A stretch of 64,000 bases of DNA. Origin: Podarcis melisellensis (lineage: Eukaryota). Below are positions 1-12,701 of this stretch, piece after piece. The number at the start of each line of letters is the position of its first letter. Within the stretch, counting starts at the first letter, position 1. The notes beneath the pieces were generated by a model, which saw nothing but the letters and a program-made list of their open reading frames with translations, searched no databases and was not told the origin of the DNA. A program made the position numbers and the translations under genes. The stretch lies in the NCBI GenBank assembly GCA_964234715.1, contig OZ174281.1. The stretch is one strand, 5' to 3'.

Positions 1-139
1 CATAAGACAACCTGGTAACAGAACAGGTTCAGTGCTAACTCTGCAATGCTGTGTTGTATACCACTCAAAATCTGTATGCATTGTAGACAGTAAATCCTTT
101 GGGAAAGTGCCCATAACTGCTTTGTATGGTCATAATGTC

Positions 140-720
140 TATTTCTGTGAGGATCTTGTCCCAAATATATCTCTCAGAGGACAGGAGTGACCACCACATG
201 CAGACAAATGTACCATCCCTTGACATCTCTTCCAACTAGTCCTTTGAGACCATCTTCGAATTCCATCCAGCATTTATTTGAAGCTGTTTGAAATATCTTG
301 AAGTGCCAACAAGAAAGGCCATTGGAAGTCTCTTTCCTTGCCCTTGCCCTTATATCCCTCTTTGAGTGAGATATAAAACCCTGTTCTCAAAGGAGATTCT
401 TTATCTGCATACCTATCTGCATACCTATCTGCATACCCTTCTCTATCTGCATACCTATAATGCTGATTTTTTTTTAAATAATTACCTTTAAAGCCTGAAA
501 CTTTACTGTTCCTGTCTACTTGTCTTTGACTTTCCTGCAGTGACATTTCAGGTTTGCTTGTGACAATTGCCACATCATCTGCAAACAGATGTATTGTGTG
601 TTCTCCATTATTGAGACTGACATCATTAATTTTGCTATTGCTCCTTATTGAAATTGCCAGAGCTGCAATAGACAGGGCAAAGAGCAGGAGCCATAACGGA
701 CAACCCTGTCCTGTTCTTTG
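140..720 (-). mobile_element. Degenerate L1-clade LINE ORF2 fragment
   Basis: ORF 274-762(-) has RT motifs RTGQGCPL..LLF, LFADD and SKVSGFK. About 140-220(-) reads DGTFVCMWWS...IWDKILTEI, resembling the L1 C-terminal HMWWxC region. Confidence 0.8.
402..455 (+). repeat. 12-bp tandem repeat (TATCTGCATACC) x4, one 6-bp interruption
   Basis: Copies at 402, 414, 426 and 444. Confidence 0.9.
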
Positions 721-858
721 CAAAACAAAAAAAAATCCTTCCAGTAGCACCTTAAAGACCAACTAAGTTAGTTCTTGGTATGAGCTTTCGTGTGCATGCA
801 CACTTCTTCAGATACACTGCATTTATTCAGATACACTTCAGATACACTGTATTTATTC
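721..858 (-). mobile_element. Penelope-like element terminal-repeat remnant
   Basis: ccttccagtagcaccttaaagaccaactaagttagttcttggtatgag is identical to 57811-57858. Carries a hammerhead motif and a junctional duplication of ttcagatacactg(c/t)atttattc. Family call is from recognition, not a database search. Confidence 0.7.
778..815 (-). ncRNA. Minimal type-I hammerhead ribozyme motif
   Basis: Minus strand reads GUAU-CUGAAGA-A-GUGUGCAUGCACAC-GAAA-GC-UC-AUAC: stem I (4 bp), core, palindromic stem II, GAAA, vestigial stem III, UH site. Confidence 0.7.
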
Positions 859-3226
859 AACACTTGTCTAGTGTTTTCTGAGATTGGTCTCTTGGGCATG
901 AAACCCATTTTATCTCTGTAAACATATGACCCAATTCAGCTATAACTGAAATAAACATTATTAGAATTACACTGTGTGGCATACGTGCACATTCATATAA
1001 TTACATTGTAAGCATACCTAGGAACTCATGTTAAATTTAGTAGAATTTACTTCTGCGTAGACAGGTTTATTATTGGGCCATAGGTAAATTTAGTTTTGAA
1101 CGAGTACGCCAAAATCATGAGCTACTGCCTGCTCCCATTAAAATCTAAATTTTATTTAAATTATGCTTTTAAAAAAACAGGATAGGGAATTTCTGAAGGC
1201 ATTTCTTTTGCTATTTCTAGCTCTTGCTTAACTTTTACTACTCAAGCTCATATCAGCAATTCTATGAAGTATGATTCATGTGATAAGCACTGGGCATTAG
1301 GTTCTGTACAAGCAGTGAATTTTCAGATTGTTGGAGGCAGACATGTAGTGTTTTCACTCGCAGGACACACATTCTTTCTGTGTGCGTTATCATGGTCTCT
1401 GACCAAATTTTTTCTTACTTAATAGCACTTAGAGCTTTTTGGAGGAAAAGCTGGAACTGTTCCCCAGAAACACATGCAGCACTTCTGCAATAAGTTTATT
1501 TTGACAGAATGTCTCTTGCAAAGACACCATGATGAATAATATACTTCACCATTCCAATGCCTGGAACAGTTGGGATTTTTTTTCAAGGCTATAATTCATT
1601 TGTTTGTTTGTTTCCATGTATCAAGGGATATGTGATGTACACAATCCATGTGCTCAACTTGTGCTTTAAAAAGTGAGGAAAGCACAAGCATATTTTGCCT
1701 TTTCAGTAAACAATGTCCCGCCATTCACGCCCTCTTAAATGTGAAATTGATTGGATCCAATTACAAGCATTCTGTGGTCTAATCAATTTCATCATTCCCA
1801 ACTTGGGTGAAACAATGCATGTGAGTGGGTGTAAATTAGACGAAGGAACAAAAATGTTTTCCTCATTCAACTATATATATAGGTTCCCCCAATTATATAA
1901 TTGTGAATCTAGCAATTCTAGGTTAAGGGTTGTTATCACATTAGTGATAAATTGTTCCCATTGCCCCTTAGAAATAAAAACCTGTACACACCTGCAGAGG
2001 CATGTAATGTTTAGGTGTAAGATTATGATTTGTAGAGTTATATTTCCCACAATGTATTATTGCTAGCATGTATGCTCTCAGTATAATTCAGCATGTATAA
2101 TTCAGCATGTTTTTCTTTGATCACCTTGGAAAGAGTTCTTTTTCAGAAGAGTCATGCCAGCTCTATAGCTGTATACTAAGTGAAATGTTAAATATCAGCT
2201 ACCATACAGACAAAATGATGAAACTATTTGCCAAGTTTTAAAGAGAGTGATATGGCAATGAAATCTTTCAACAATATGCTGAAAATATTATAAAGCAGAA
2301 ACTCAGAGATAACTCATTTTCAACCCCTGCATTATCACAATTATTCAGGCTGGAAGAATAAGATATTATGACAGACACTGGGGTATTGCTGAAAACAGGA
2401 AGACCATGTCTTGTTACTTCCCTATCGTCAGGGGCATTTCATGATGTAAAATGAGTGATCTGAAGTCATCACACTGCAAGTCCTCCCATCCCTAGTAGCA
2501 AATAAAGTAGAGAAGAGCCAACGAAACACACATATAATATCCTGCATCACTATATGAGGCTGATTAGCCTTCAGCAGTGTGGTTCTCTTCAGATGTTTTG
2601 GAAGACGAGCCTGATTGACCAAGCCAGCACAAGGCCCTCAATTTGCATGGCTTTTTTCTTTCTCTTTCAATAATAATTTACCACACTGAGCATTCAGTCC
2701 TAGTTGGCTAGTTTTTATTCCTACCAGATTTGCTTGTACTTCTGCAAACCTTGGGGTTTCCCCTAAGCTCATTCATATCTCCCCTCTTGTGGATGAATGG
2801 TGTCGATTTGGCTAGCACTTGGCAAACTGAGATGGTGATGGATATATAGGCTTCTTCCATCTGTTCTGTACTAGTTACCTCAATTACAATATTGTTTTCC
2901 CCAGGAAGGGACACGCCAGATGAAGACTTTGGTCCTAGGAGGTCCTCTGACATTTCCTTCAGTTTGAGGAAGAGGCGATTGGAAGGTAGGGCATTGCATG
3001 CACTTCAGAGCTTAATACGTACTATAGAGTAAGAGGACCAAATGAGCTGTGTAGTTAAATACATAGCAGGCACCTAGGTTTTTTTGCTTTTCCTTAGGTA
3101 GGTAGAGTGTTGGAGAGCTCAATTCTCAGACTGAAGGCATTATATGTGAAGCGGAGGGTCACTTTTTCATTCCCCAGCCAAGAACCGCTGACTTAGAAAA
3201 ATGTCCCATCAGCACCAAAGGAGACT

Positions 3227-3245
3227 GTGTGTGTGTGTGTGTGTG
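3227..3245 (+). repeat. (TG)n microsatellite
   Basis: Direct reading. Confidence 0.9.
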
Positions 3246-5587
3246 AACTTAATTGTTTCATTTATTTCATTTATGAATTTTGTCCCATGAAACATATTAG
3301 CAATAAAAATCCCAGCAATAAAAACATCTGTAAATGCAATTTCTAGTCTGATGCAGATAGCCACACATCATATGACCAAAACAAGTTGTTAAAAAATTAT
3401 TTTATTTTTTCTTTTCATGATTACAAATCAATGAAACAAAACCAAACAGAAGGAAATGTTTTATTAGTAGTTCATTAATGAGTTTAAACAACTAGATGTC
3501 TTTGAGTCACAAAACACTACAAAGAGCCACAAACATAATTAAAAATGAAATAAATATTTAGATTGTTTGATCTGGTATTTTAAACCTCAGTATTTATAAA
3601 ATATATAATACTTTATATTACATTTGCTCTGTCATTTCCCCCAACCACAAATTAAAACTCATGAAATATTATCAATGTACAAAGCAATGAGAATAAGCCA
3701 AAATCAGATAATTTTAAGGTCTGGGGGAAAATAGCTGATATGATTTTATTACTCTATGTCAAGATTGTGCATCTGCTGCAAAAATAGTCATTTCCCCAAC
3801 CAATATATACATATTTTACTTAGAATTATATCTTAAAGCAAGTGCAGAATATACCATAAAATATAGAAATAAAATTGATCTGCATTTTGTTCTGAGGGAT
3901 TGTTATTCACTTGAAATTAGGTTTGAAACATTTATTTGGAGTGGCTCAAAGTTTCAAATCAATCCTATTTCTAAAAAGGTCATAGATTATTACTGTAAAC
4001 CAGGCATCGATTGTTCCAATTGTTTTGAGCCACACTTTGGCTGAAATCCTGTGCTCAGTTACATTCATGCAAGTCCAATTTAATTCAAGAGGAGTTATGC
4101 ACAGGCAAACCTGCTCAGTATTTTAGTCTGGGGCTCTCAAGATCACCACATGTTCTATGACGGCCTCCATGCCAAAATGAAGAAAGCAGATAGATACATG
4201 TACACTGTTATGTGGGAATACAAATTTAATGCTTGAAATGAATTTGGCAACTCCAGTGGATATTGGAGCTCATGCATCAGTTAGTATTACACAGCTGGGG
4301 TGCCTGTTTGCAGAATCAAAATGATAAAAAAACAGAAAAACATTTTCCGCAATTTCAATAAATGGGTTTTGGCCATAATGAAATCTCTGGTCACTTCCAC
4401 AAGGATTTCATTTCCTAAGACTGGCCAGTTTTTCTCTCCATGAAGACTAAATACTTTTTGTTATCTAGAACATGATTCATGTAAGCCTTTAAAAGCATGC
4501 ACAATATTATTCCTATTGATGGAAGTCATTACAACACATGCATGGAGTTACACATGTATTCAAATACTTTGCCAGCATAGGAATGAGGCCCCCCTCCCCA
4601 AGACATTTTTAAAACCACCTTCATCTGCCCTGTGCTCCATTAATGTCTTTTATGGATGCATACCAAAAAAAGAATAAGTTCTAAAGTGGAACATATGCAT
4701 GCAGATAATTCATTCAAGTCTACCTATCTTGATTTCCTTTGCAATTTTCAGTTAGGAACTTCAAAATCTTTAGGCACCGATTCCTTTCACTCCTCTGAGT
4801 AAAACAATATAGCTTGAGATGTAATCGTGAAGATTGCTGGTTATGAGTGATTCTGAAAAGTTCAAGAGAGGCTACAATTCCCATCATTACCTATACTAAA
4901 GCACACTGAGTTATCTGATCAATACTTGATGGAACAAGGTTTATTAGAACAATGCCTTGACTCTTCAGAGGATAATATCCAATCCGTGTTTTGTGAGTCA
5001 TTCTTGAAGCAGAATAATGTGTGGCATTTGCATTTTACAAATTTTACATATCAATTTAGATTGATATGACAAAACAACCCCCAAGTTTCAAGTTAAGCTA
5101 TTCTCATTGAGATAGCTCTATCTAATTAGACTTGGATCCAAAGGCTGTATATGCACCATGGTTTTCCAGTCCATTTCCCACTGGACCCTTTCCAGCTCCT
5201 TCCCCTTTCTGCTTCCCCACAAAAGCTGTCTTGAGAATTGGGGAACCCTCTAGAGCAATATATGATGCTTCAGGAGGAGGGGGCAGTCAACCTCCCCCGC
5301 CCCCATCCAGGAGTGTGCTTTGAGCTCATGCATGCTGCTTATTGGATCCTAGCCTGGTTTTTACACAGAGTTTCTGCTGGCAATTACAACCCCAAAATAC
5401 AGCTGTGCAACTTATAAAGAATTGTGCCCCATTATATGGAAGAGGATGTTAATCTTTCCAGTGCAATATTATCTGCAAGATATTCATAGTCCATATTTTA
5501 ATTACACACAACTCACAGAGCTTTCACGCAAGTTATTGCAATCAGATATAAGGAGAGAAAGCAGGGGACTAATGTACATTTATGTTC

Positions 5588-5723
5588 GCGCCGGGGAAGC
5601 TGTGATTCTCCAGATGTTGTTCAATTCCAGATCCTATCAGCCCCAGACACCATGGCCAATGATAATGAAAGATGGCAGTTGAAGTCTGACAACATCTGCA
5701 GGGCCACAGGGTTCCCTGCCCTG
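5588..5723. mobile_element. Short hairpin-type hAT-like MITE, diverged
   Basis: ccagatgttg...caacatctgcagggccacagggttccctgccctg; same family as 21745-21865 and 31869-32005. Confidence 0.6.
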
Positions 5724-8185
5724 ATTTAATGTTGAACAGCAAGACGAATTTTTGCAGATGTAGTTTCTTCATGTAGTGATGAAAATAGATGCTCTTGATG
5801 AAGTTCCCCATTCTACAAAAGGGGTCATTTGTTGTAATCAAATACACTATTTTTTTCTCCTAAACACACACACATACACATGGTGGTGGTGTCACTGCTG
5901 GGACCCACATTTGGTCAGGATATGACTCATCAGTTGTAGACCAAAGTTCTCAGGAATGCACATACTCAGGGCGTTCTTTATCATATTCCCTGGCAACAGG
6001 TGGTGTTGATTAAAAACCACCCAACAGATTTTAACCCTTTTCTAAGTTGTTGTGGGGTTTTTTAATAATCACAGGACATGAGCCAATACACTGGGAGCTA
6101 CTGCCTGGAAAAGCTAAAAAGACACAACAAGCAATGACACAGCTTTGGCCCATATGGACCTCAGGATTGCAGTTAGATTCGCATATCATATTATATATAA
6201 TGTTGAACAGCTATATTTAGAGGTGCCACCAGAATTTAGTTCAGTTGACCATCTCTTACTGGAATTAGCTTTAAAAATTATGTATTAAGCATCACCAAAC
6301 TGTAAAGTGAATTACCACATGCATAGTATCTTCAGGATATTCTGGGCCGCACAATTGCAAACAATATGTAAAAAGCAGACTCTCTCATGATTCTGCTATG
6401 GCACTTTGCATTATATGAATGGATGCTTTCACAAAATGAGTGCAATCACCCCCCTTAACTCACTTACACCAGTCAGAACTATAGCTTGAGAGTAGAACAC
6501 ATTTTTCATACAAAAGGTCTAAGGAGCCATCCCCACCATCTCCAGCTAAATAGATCTCTGGTAGCAAGGCCTTGAAGCTACCTGACTCAACATAAGTCAC
6601 ATTCTTACTTCATATGAGTGACCATATGTATTTAAAAATAAGAATCTTGAGTTCTGCTTTTCTGTGTTACAAGCTTTTCTTGAAGATGCATTTGTTATGG
6701 TACCAAAAATAGTTTTAATGAATACCTTGAATTCAGCAGCTTCCTCATTTTTGTCGTAGTTTCTAAAGGAAACCACAGCATTTAAAATAATAATAATCAA
6801 AGGGTGAACTTATCACATCCATACTTGCCTCCCCAAGACAGGTACAAATAAATAAGGCAGCCCTAACGATGCCAGATATCTAAGCTGCCACAAGGTAGCC
6901 ATTATTGTTTGAAAAATACAACTACATGAGTCATCTCCTAATTATATAGCAGACCCATTTGTAATCTGTGTTATCTTTTGGTCTGTTATAGTTTCAAGAA
7001 TTTTGCTTTTGGCTTCAGAAAGTAGGCAGTTTAGTTGCCATTATGAGAAGCTATTAGTATGAGGATTACTGTAATAGTGTAGCAAGACTGATACTTTTAA
7101 GGCACAATCATGATCATTCCCATTAATGAGTGCTAATCCCCACATCAGCTTCAAAGTGAGCAAGTGACTTTACTATTCTTAAGTGCATGAGAAGTAAAAG
7201 CAACCATGTACTTTGCTTGCCATTGATTCTACTGAAGTCAGCAGGCAAAATTTTGCTATTGACTTCAGGCTCTAATGCCAACCGTTCAGATCTCTCCAGT
7301 GTCACATTTTCACAACAGAGCCTTTAGATTACACGGAGTACTTAGAATACCTTGGTTCCTAGCTTAGTGAATTCAAATATGCCACCTTGTACAAGATTCA
7401 TCTTGTATCACTATACTCTCACACATATTACTTTGAATTTGTAACTGGAAACAATATTGAATAGATTTATGAATTGGATTTGATGCACAAATTGGCAATG
7501 TGATATGTGTGTGTGGTCTTTTGATATGCTTAGGTCACATCCTGGCTAAAACTCTGAATTTTAAAATATTACTGACTCTACTGCATGATTCTCAACATGC
7601 TGCATGCTAATGAAGGATCCACAGAACCATGATACTAGTTATGTGAATTCAATACTGACAAATACATATTATCATATTCATTTAAACATCCTGCCTTTCC
7701 TTCAAAGCCCAAGTTGATGAGTTGAAACATTTGAGTCTGGGATTGGCTCCAAGAGCCTGTTTGGTGGGCAGGGGAATGATATATCTTATGTGAGCAGGGA
7801 AAACTGTGTGTGTGTTGCATGCTTGATTCACTGGTATGAGCTAGCACAGTGTTAATTGGATCCCACCATGATTTATGAAATATTATCCCCCAGACAACCT
7901 TCCTATGAACCTTCCTAATATAATGCTTGCAATTAGTGACTCATTTTTATGGATAGTTTGGACCAAGTAACATCAAATGTAGTCACTGTTTCCTTCTTAA
8001 CCTTAGTTATTTCCTTCAAAGCTAATTTCAGCAAGAACTACAAATTATTGAATGATTAGTTCATAAAAATATTGCACAGGGATAGTTAAGTAGCAGCAGA
8101 TTACCATCCTGGTATAAAATGTATATGTGCTACATGTATATGCGAAATGAAGACTGTCAGTTACAAGCTTCAGTTTAAGATAGTA

Positions 8186-8400
8186 CAGTGGAACCTTGGT
8201 TCCCAAACTTAATCTGTTCTGGGAGTCTGTTCAATTCCTGAAACAGTTTGGGAATCAAGGCGCAGCTTCTGATTGGCTGCAGCAGCCGGGTGTTTGGCTT
8301 CCAAATAACGTTTGAAAACCAGAACAATTACTTCCGGTTTTCATTTGTTCAGGAGCTGGAATGTTAGCTCCCAGGGAGTTTGGGAGCCAAGGTTCCACTG
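8186..8400. mobile_element. Tigger/pogo-type (Tc1-mariner superfamily) MITE
   Basis: Perfect 14-bp TIR cagtggaaccttgg...ccaaggttccactg, flanked by TA on both sides. Confidence 0.85.
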
Positions 8401-10895
8401 TATAGCATTGGCCCATCTCATTTTATCCCCTGAACACATGGGCAATGGGACTTTTAAAATTCAAGCCCCAAAGAAAACTCCAGCAAAGCAACTTACAGTA
8501 AGAGGGACAGAGATGAGGCAACTGTTCTGGAAAGTAAATATAAAAAGGACTCTCTGCATGTATAGATCTCAAATCTCCCTGAATAGTTCTGCACAAAAGG
8601 CAGAGATGGACAACCCTTATTTCTGTCGAGGGCCATTTTGTCTCAGAGGTAATATATTGGAGACTGCATGCTGGCAGTGGATGGGACTGCAGCCACCAAT
8701 GGGGAAACTGGAGCCAAGAGTGGGTGGAGCCAACTCCCTTTCCCTCCCTTTTGGCCACTATTTTCTCTCTGTTACCTCATTTCCCTCTGGATTGTTCCCC
8801 TTTCCCGAACTTGTATGAAATTAGATCAAGGACCACATGATGCCTATCCTTGGCGTAAGGGCAATGGGGAACAATCTGCATGGTTGAAAATACTTATTTG
8901 CATTGATTTGAATCTGGCTTATACACATAATTGTGATCTGGATTGTACTCGATGCAAAACTAAACTCATTTCAGAGAGAGAGAGAGAGAACGAGAGAATA
9001 TTTCCTAATGGCTCTTTGGAACCTTATCAGTGTTATATACACTGTACATATATAGTAGATCAAATTTTACACTTTCTCTAGATTCATCTTTAAAATGCAA
9101 TTCTTAAAAATACATGTAAAGCATATTACCCTTTTCAGACATTTTACAGATGAAATCAGTGCATGTGGGAGGAGTTATATCTCAGCGGAAGGCTCTGCCT
9201 TCCAATGTATGAGTGTTTCTTATACTATCTGAAAAGACCCCAGTGCATGCAAAGAGGGCTCTCTTATAATATTAGGGCATGCTGCTTTTCCAGATTTGCC
9301 GAACAGATGAAGAATCCTCTGCTTTTACAACTGTATGTATGGAGGTCTTTGCAAATGGTACAATGAATGCATGAACAATGGAGGCAGAGTCTGCTGGCTT
9401 CATACATAAAATATCTGAAAAGGGCTTATTGTCTTACCCTGTGGGCTAGTTTTACATGACACAACACTGAATGCCATTTTAAGAGTTTGCTAAAACTTTC
9501 CAAGTTTCACCTCAAAAATTGGGATGTTCCATTTAACCTACAAGAAAGCTTGCTTTTTCGTAAGGTCATTTTTAACAGCTGTTAATTAAAATACAAAAGA
9601 GTACATGAATTCTATTTCTTGGTTTCCTGTTGGTAATATGAAAATCAAATTTAAAAGTGAAGCCTTGTGCGACCTTTATTGTGCCTGTAACAAAATATAA
9701 TACTTGGGATTTGAGAACAAAGCCTGGCAGATTAAAAGACACTTCACTATAAAACTGAATAATAAAAGACATAATTAAACAGGTTTAACATTGGTTTTGT
9801 AATTCATTCATAATTAAAACAATTCTGAATGTTAACAGATTTTTACTGACAACGGAGAATCTGTATGTAGAAAGAAAGCAAAGGGAAAAAGGGAAAAGGT
9901 TTTGTTGGCTTAAGACCATGATCCTCAAACAACAATTTCTGGGTAGTTCTAATAAGGTCAATGGACTTACTCCAGAATTGAGGCCTAGGTCTCACAAAAA
10001 CAGGCGAACCTGTGTTTAGTCTCTACCACTTTAGGCTCATAGGTGAAGGCTCATCAAGTTATGACGATTCTCCATGAAAAATATTCACACAGAAAGAAAA
10101 TTAGCATGTCATGTTGAAGGCTATGCTACCACCATTCATGCTCACATCGAGTTCGCTACATGCTGTGATTCCTCCTTCCCCATGTGCAGCAGCATGTGGT
10201 TGCTGTGTGCGCTGTGTTTCTGAATTGGTTTCCCTAAGTCATGCATCTCTACATGAGGGAGTGGCAAGGCAGCAAGGAGCAGGTGTGGTGTAAGAGCAGC
10301 AGCGACGGCAATTCAACATACCCAGCACTGTGCCTGCACCACCCTGAGCTCTCTGCTGCCTTGCCCCCTCCCTCCGCTGGCTGCTACTGCCTGTATCACA
10401 GAACACTGAATTTTGTGAGCCCCAGACTGCAATTTGAGAATTACAGAATTTCCACCTCATTTGCTGTTCATGAGAGCAAGAGCTAAGTGGCTTAAGTACT
10501 ATAGGCTTCAATAGCAGATGGCTTCATTATGCTTATATTTCCTTTTTAAAAACATGTTGACCTAATATGGCTATACTATTATCATTATGATAATGGGATG
10601 GAACCAAAATTAAGAATGAAGATGATTCTATGTCAAAAGGGCACAAATATGAATTTGCAACAGTACTTAAGGTGCTTTCTTTTCTAAGGAGATACAGTAG
10701 CATCTTTTTGCATTCACTTCCTTGTTGCTACACACTGATCCCTCTTTGCTTGACATTTATAGTCTAGCAAGAGGAAATTAGTTCTGATCCAGAACTTGGT
10801 AGGTTGTCATATAAAAACATCTGGAAAGAAAATGTCTATTATTATGGAGATTTGAAAATTGTATTAAATACTTAAGTGCAGCACTGTGTCATTCG

Positions 10896-10901
10896 TTTAT
10901 T
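10896..10901 (-). promoter_or_regulatory. Candidate proximal polyadenylation signal (AATAAA) of SNTG1
   Basis: tttatt on + about 285 nt downstream of the stop. Usage is not demonstrable from sequence and the 3' UTR may be much longer. Confidence 0.3.
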
Positions 10902-11185
10902 TCTGTTTCTTTTGTTTCCAGTGTCATTCAAAACACAATCAGATTATACTATAAAAGCATCTTCATCCACCTCAGAGATTTCTGCTTGGATTATGTACTG
11001 ATGCCTTGTAAAACTGAGACTTAATTCATGATCCCATGTGACTATACTCTGCTGACAACTGCCACTTGTCTCTTGAGTCAGTTCTCTTGCTTGCTGTTTG
11101 TTCTCCGAGAGACCTGTCTGATGAATGTTTTGTATACGTAGTCTCATGTACTCCTGGAAAGTGGCAAGTGCAGAAATAGGAGCCA

Positions 11186-11383
11186 TCAAGTCGTATACTT
11201 CAATTTGCTAGTGCCAGAAGATGTAGCAACAGCAGCACCAGTAGTAGCAGCAGCAGTAACAGCAGTAGCAGCAGCAGCTGTGGCCTGACTGCCAACATAG
11301 AGTGGGTCCAAACAGGCCACTTTGGCCGCAAAGAAGGAGTGGATACAATGCAGGACTGCAAACAGGTTGGAAAATTCCAACTC
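11186..11383 (-). CDS. SNTG1: SNTG1 terminal coding exon (ELEFSNLFAVLHCIHSFFAAKVACLDPLYVGSQ...SKLKYTT*)
   Basis: ORF 11186-11380(-) plus the GAG codon. Acceptor ctttcactttcag, TGA stop at 11186-11188. Syntrophin-unique C-terminal region ending KYTT. Confidence 0.96.
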   Translation of the reverse strand, partial: ELEFSNLFAVLHCIHSFFAAKVACLDPLYVGSQATAAAATAVTAAATTGAAVATSSGTSKLKYTT

Positions 11384-12701
11384 CTGAAAGTGAAAGCAAA
11401 GAGGTCAAAGGTAAGATTAGGCCACCTTTTCATCTTCCACAGCACACCCAGCACTCTGTTGTAGAGACAAGCCAACAGAAGTTTAACCAAGTCAAGGATC
11501 GTCATCCATCATTGTGGAAAGCTGCAGTATTTGTTGGCTAATGAAGAAACACCTTCTTTGGATAAAATGTACTCAAATATTTGAGTGGAATGCTACAGCA
11601 ATTTTATATTGGACATTTGTGACAATGAATGCTGGAAACTAAGCCATGACTTAGCATGGAAAAGAAAATTTGTCGAAGAACTAGAAAGAAGAAAGTTAAA
11701 TTCACTGTTTATTTCTACAATCCATGGGCTAACTCATCCTGCCCCTCTGGTAGGTAGAGAACGATAAAAGGAAGTGGACACCAATCAGTGGGCTTGAACT
11801 GGCCACAACATTATTGAAAGAACATGAAAAATGGGCATGTGGGGTGGGAATTAAGCTATTATCCTCATGAGGAAAATCAGGCAAGAAGGTTCTTGAGCTG
11901 AACTACTAAAACACTGCTCCTTGTATACCTCCTTTATCCTGAATCATAGCCCATTCTCAAGCTGCTCCATTCTTTTGACCATTCTGCTTTTTCCCATTGA
12001 AATCAACATGAACTTTTTGCTCTCCCAACACAGGTGACATTTTCCAGTTCTGCACTGGTCCTTGTGCCATCTGGAGTGATCAACCTACCTTGGATCCTTT
12101 CCTCTTTACAAAGGTAAGCACAAGGTCTTAATATTTCTTACCACATTCCTGATAAAGCTTGCAGCCTCCTTCCACTAACTAAACAAATCCCATTTTCCCT
12201 AAAGAGGGGGGACCTTCCTTTTGCAATGCTGAGTTTCCTGATAACCATGCCGAGCCACAGTCTTGCTCACAGCTGTTATCCTTTCTTCTGGTTCTGTCTG
12301 CCCCAGCGGGGATCAAAGCCCCCTGACCAAACCCTCCTGGGCAGCATTTGCAGCCATGTTACTTCACCCCTTAGAATTGCCTAATGGGGCCCATTCCATT
12401 TGTGACCTTGATGGTCCAAAAGCTTGTAGAGGAGATTCTGAATAAGGAGGATTACTAGAACCTGGGGGTGCTGCTTATCTCTTCCTGTAGAGATGGAAAG
12501 CCACATTCAGTGGATGGCATCTAAGTCATACACAGAGTTGGAACCACTGCAATGGAACTGACTAACCTAAGCTTATTGATTTAAATCAGTTTAAGTTTAA
12601 TATGACTTAGTTGGATACAAACCAGTGCTTTGAGATTTCTACCATCCTAGTGCAAAATGTTCTAACTGTTAAGCCATGTTTTATGACATGGTAGGCTACT
12701 A

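Noticed and set aside
11200-11541. Poly-Leu and poly-Cys ORFs that look like signal peptides or metallothionein
   Set aside because: Alternative frames of the SNTG1 last-exon triplet repeat.
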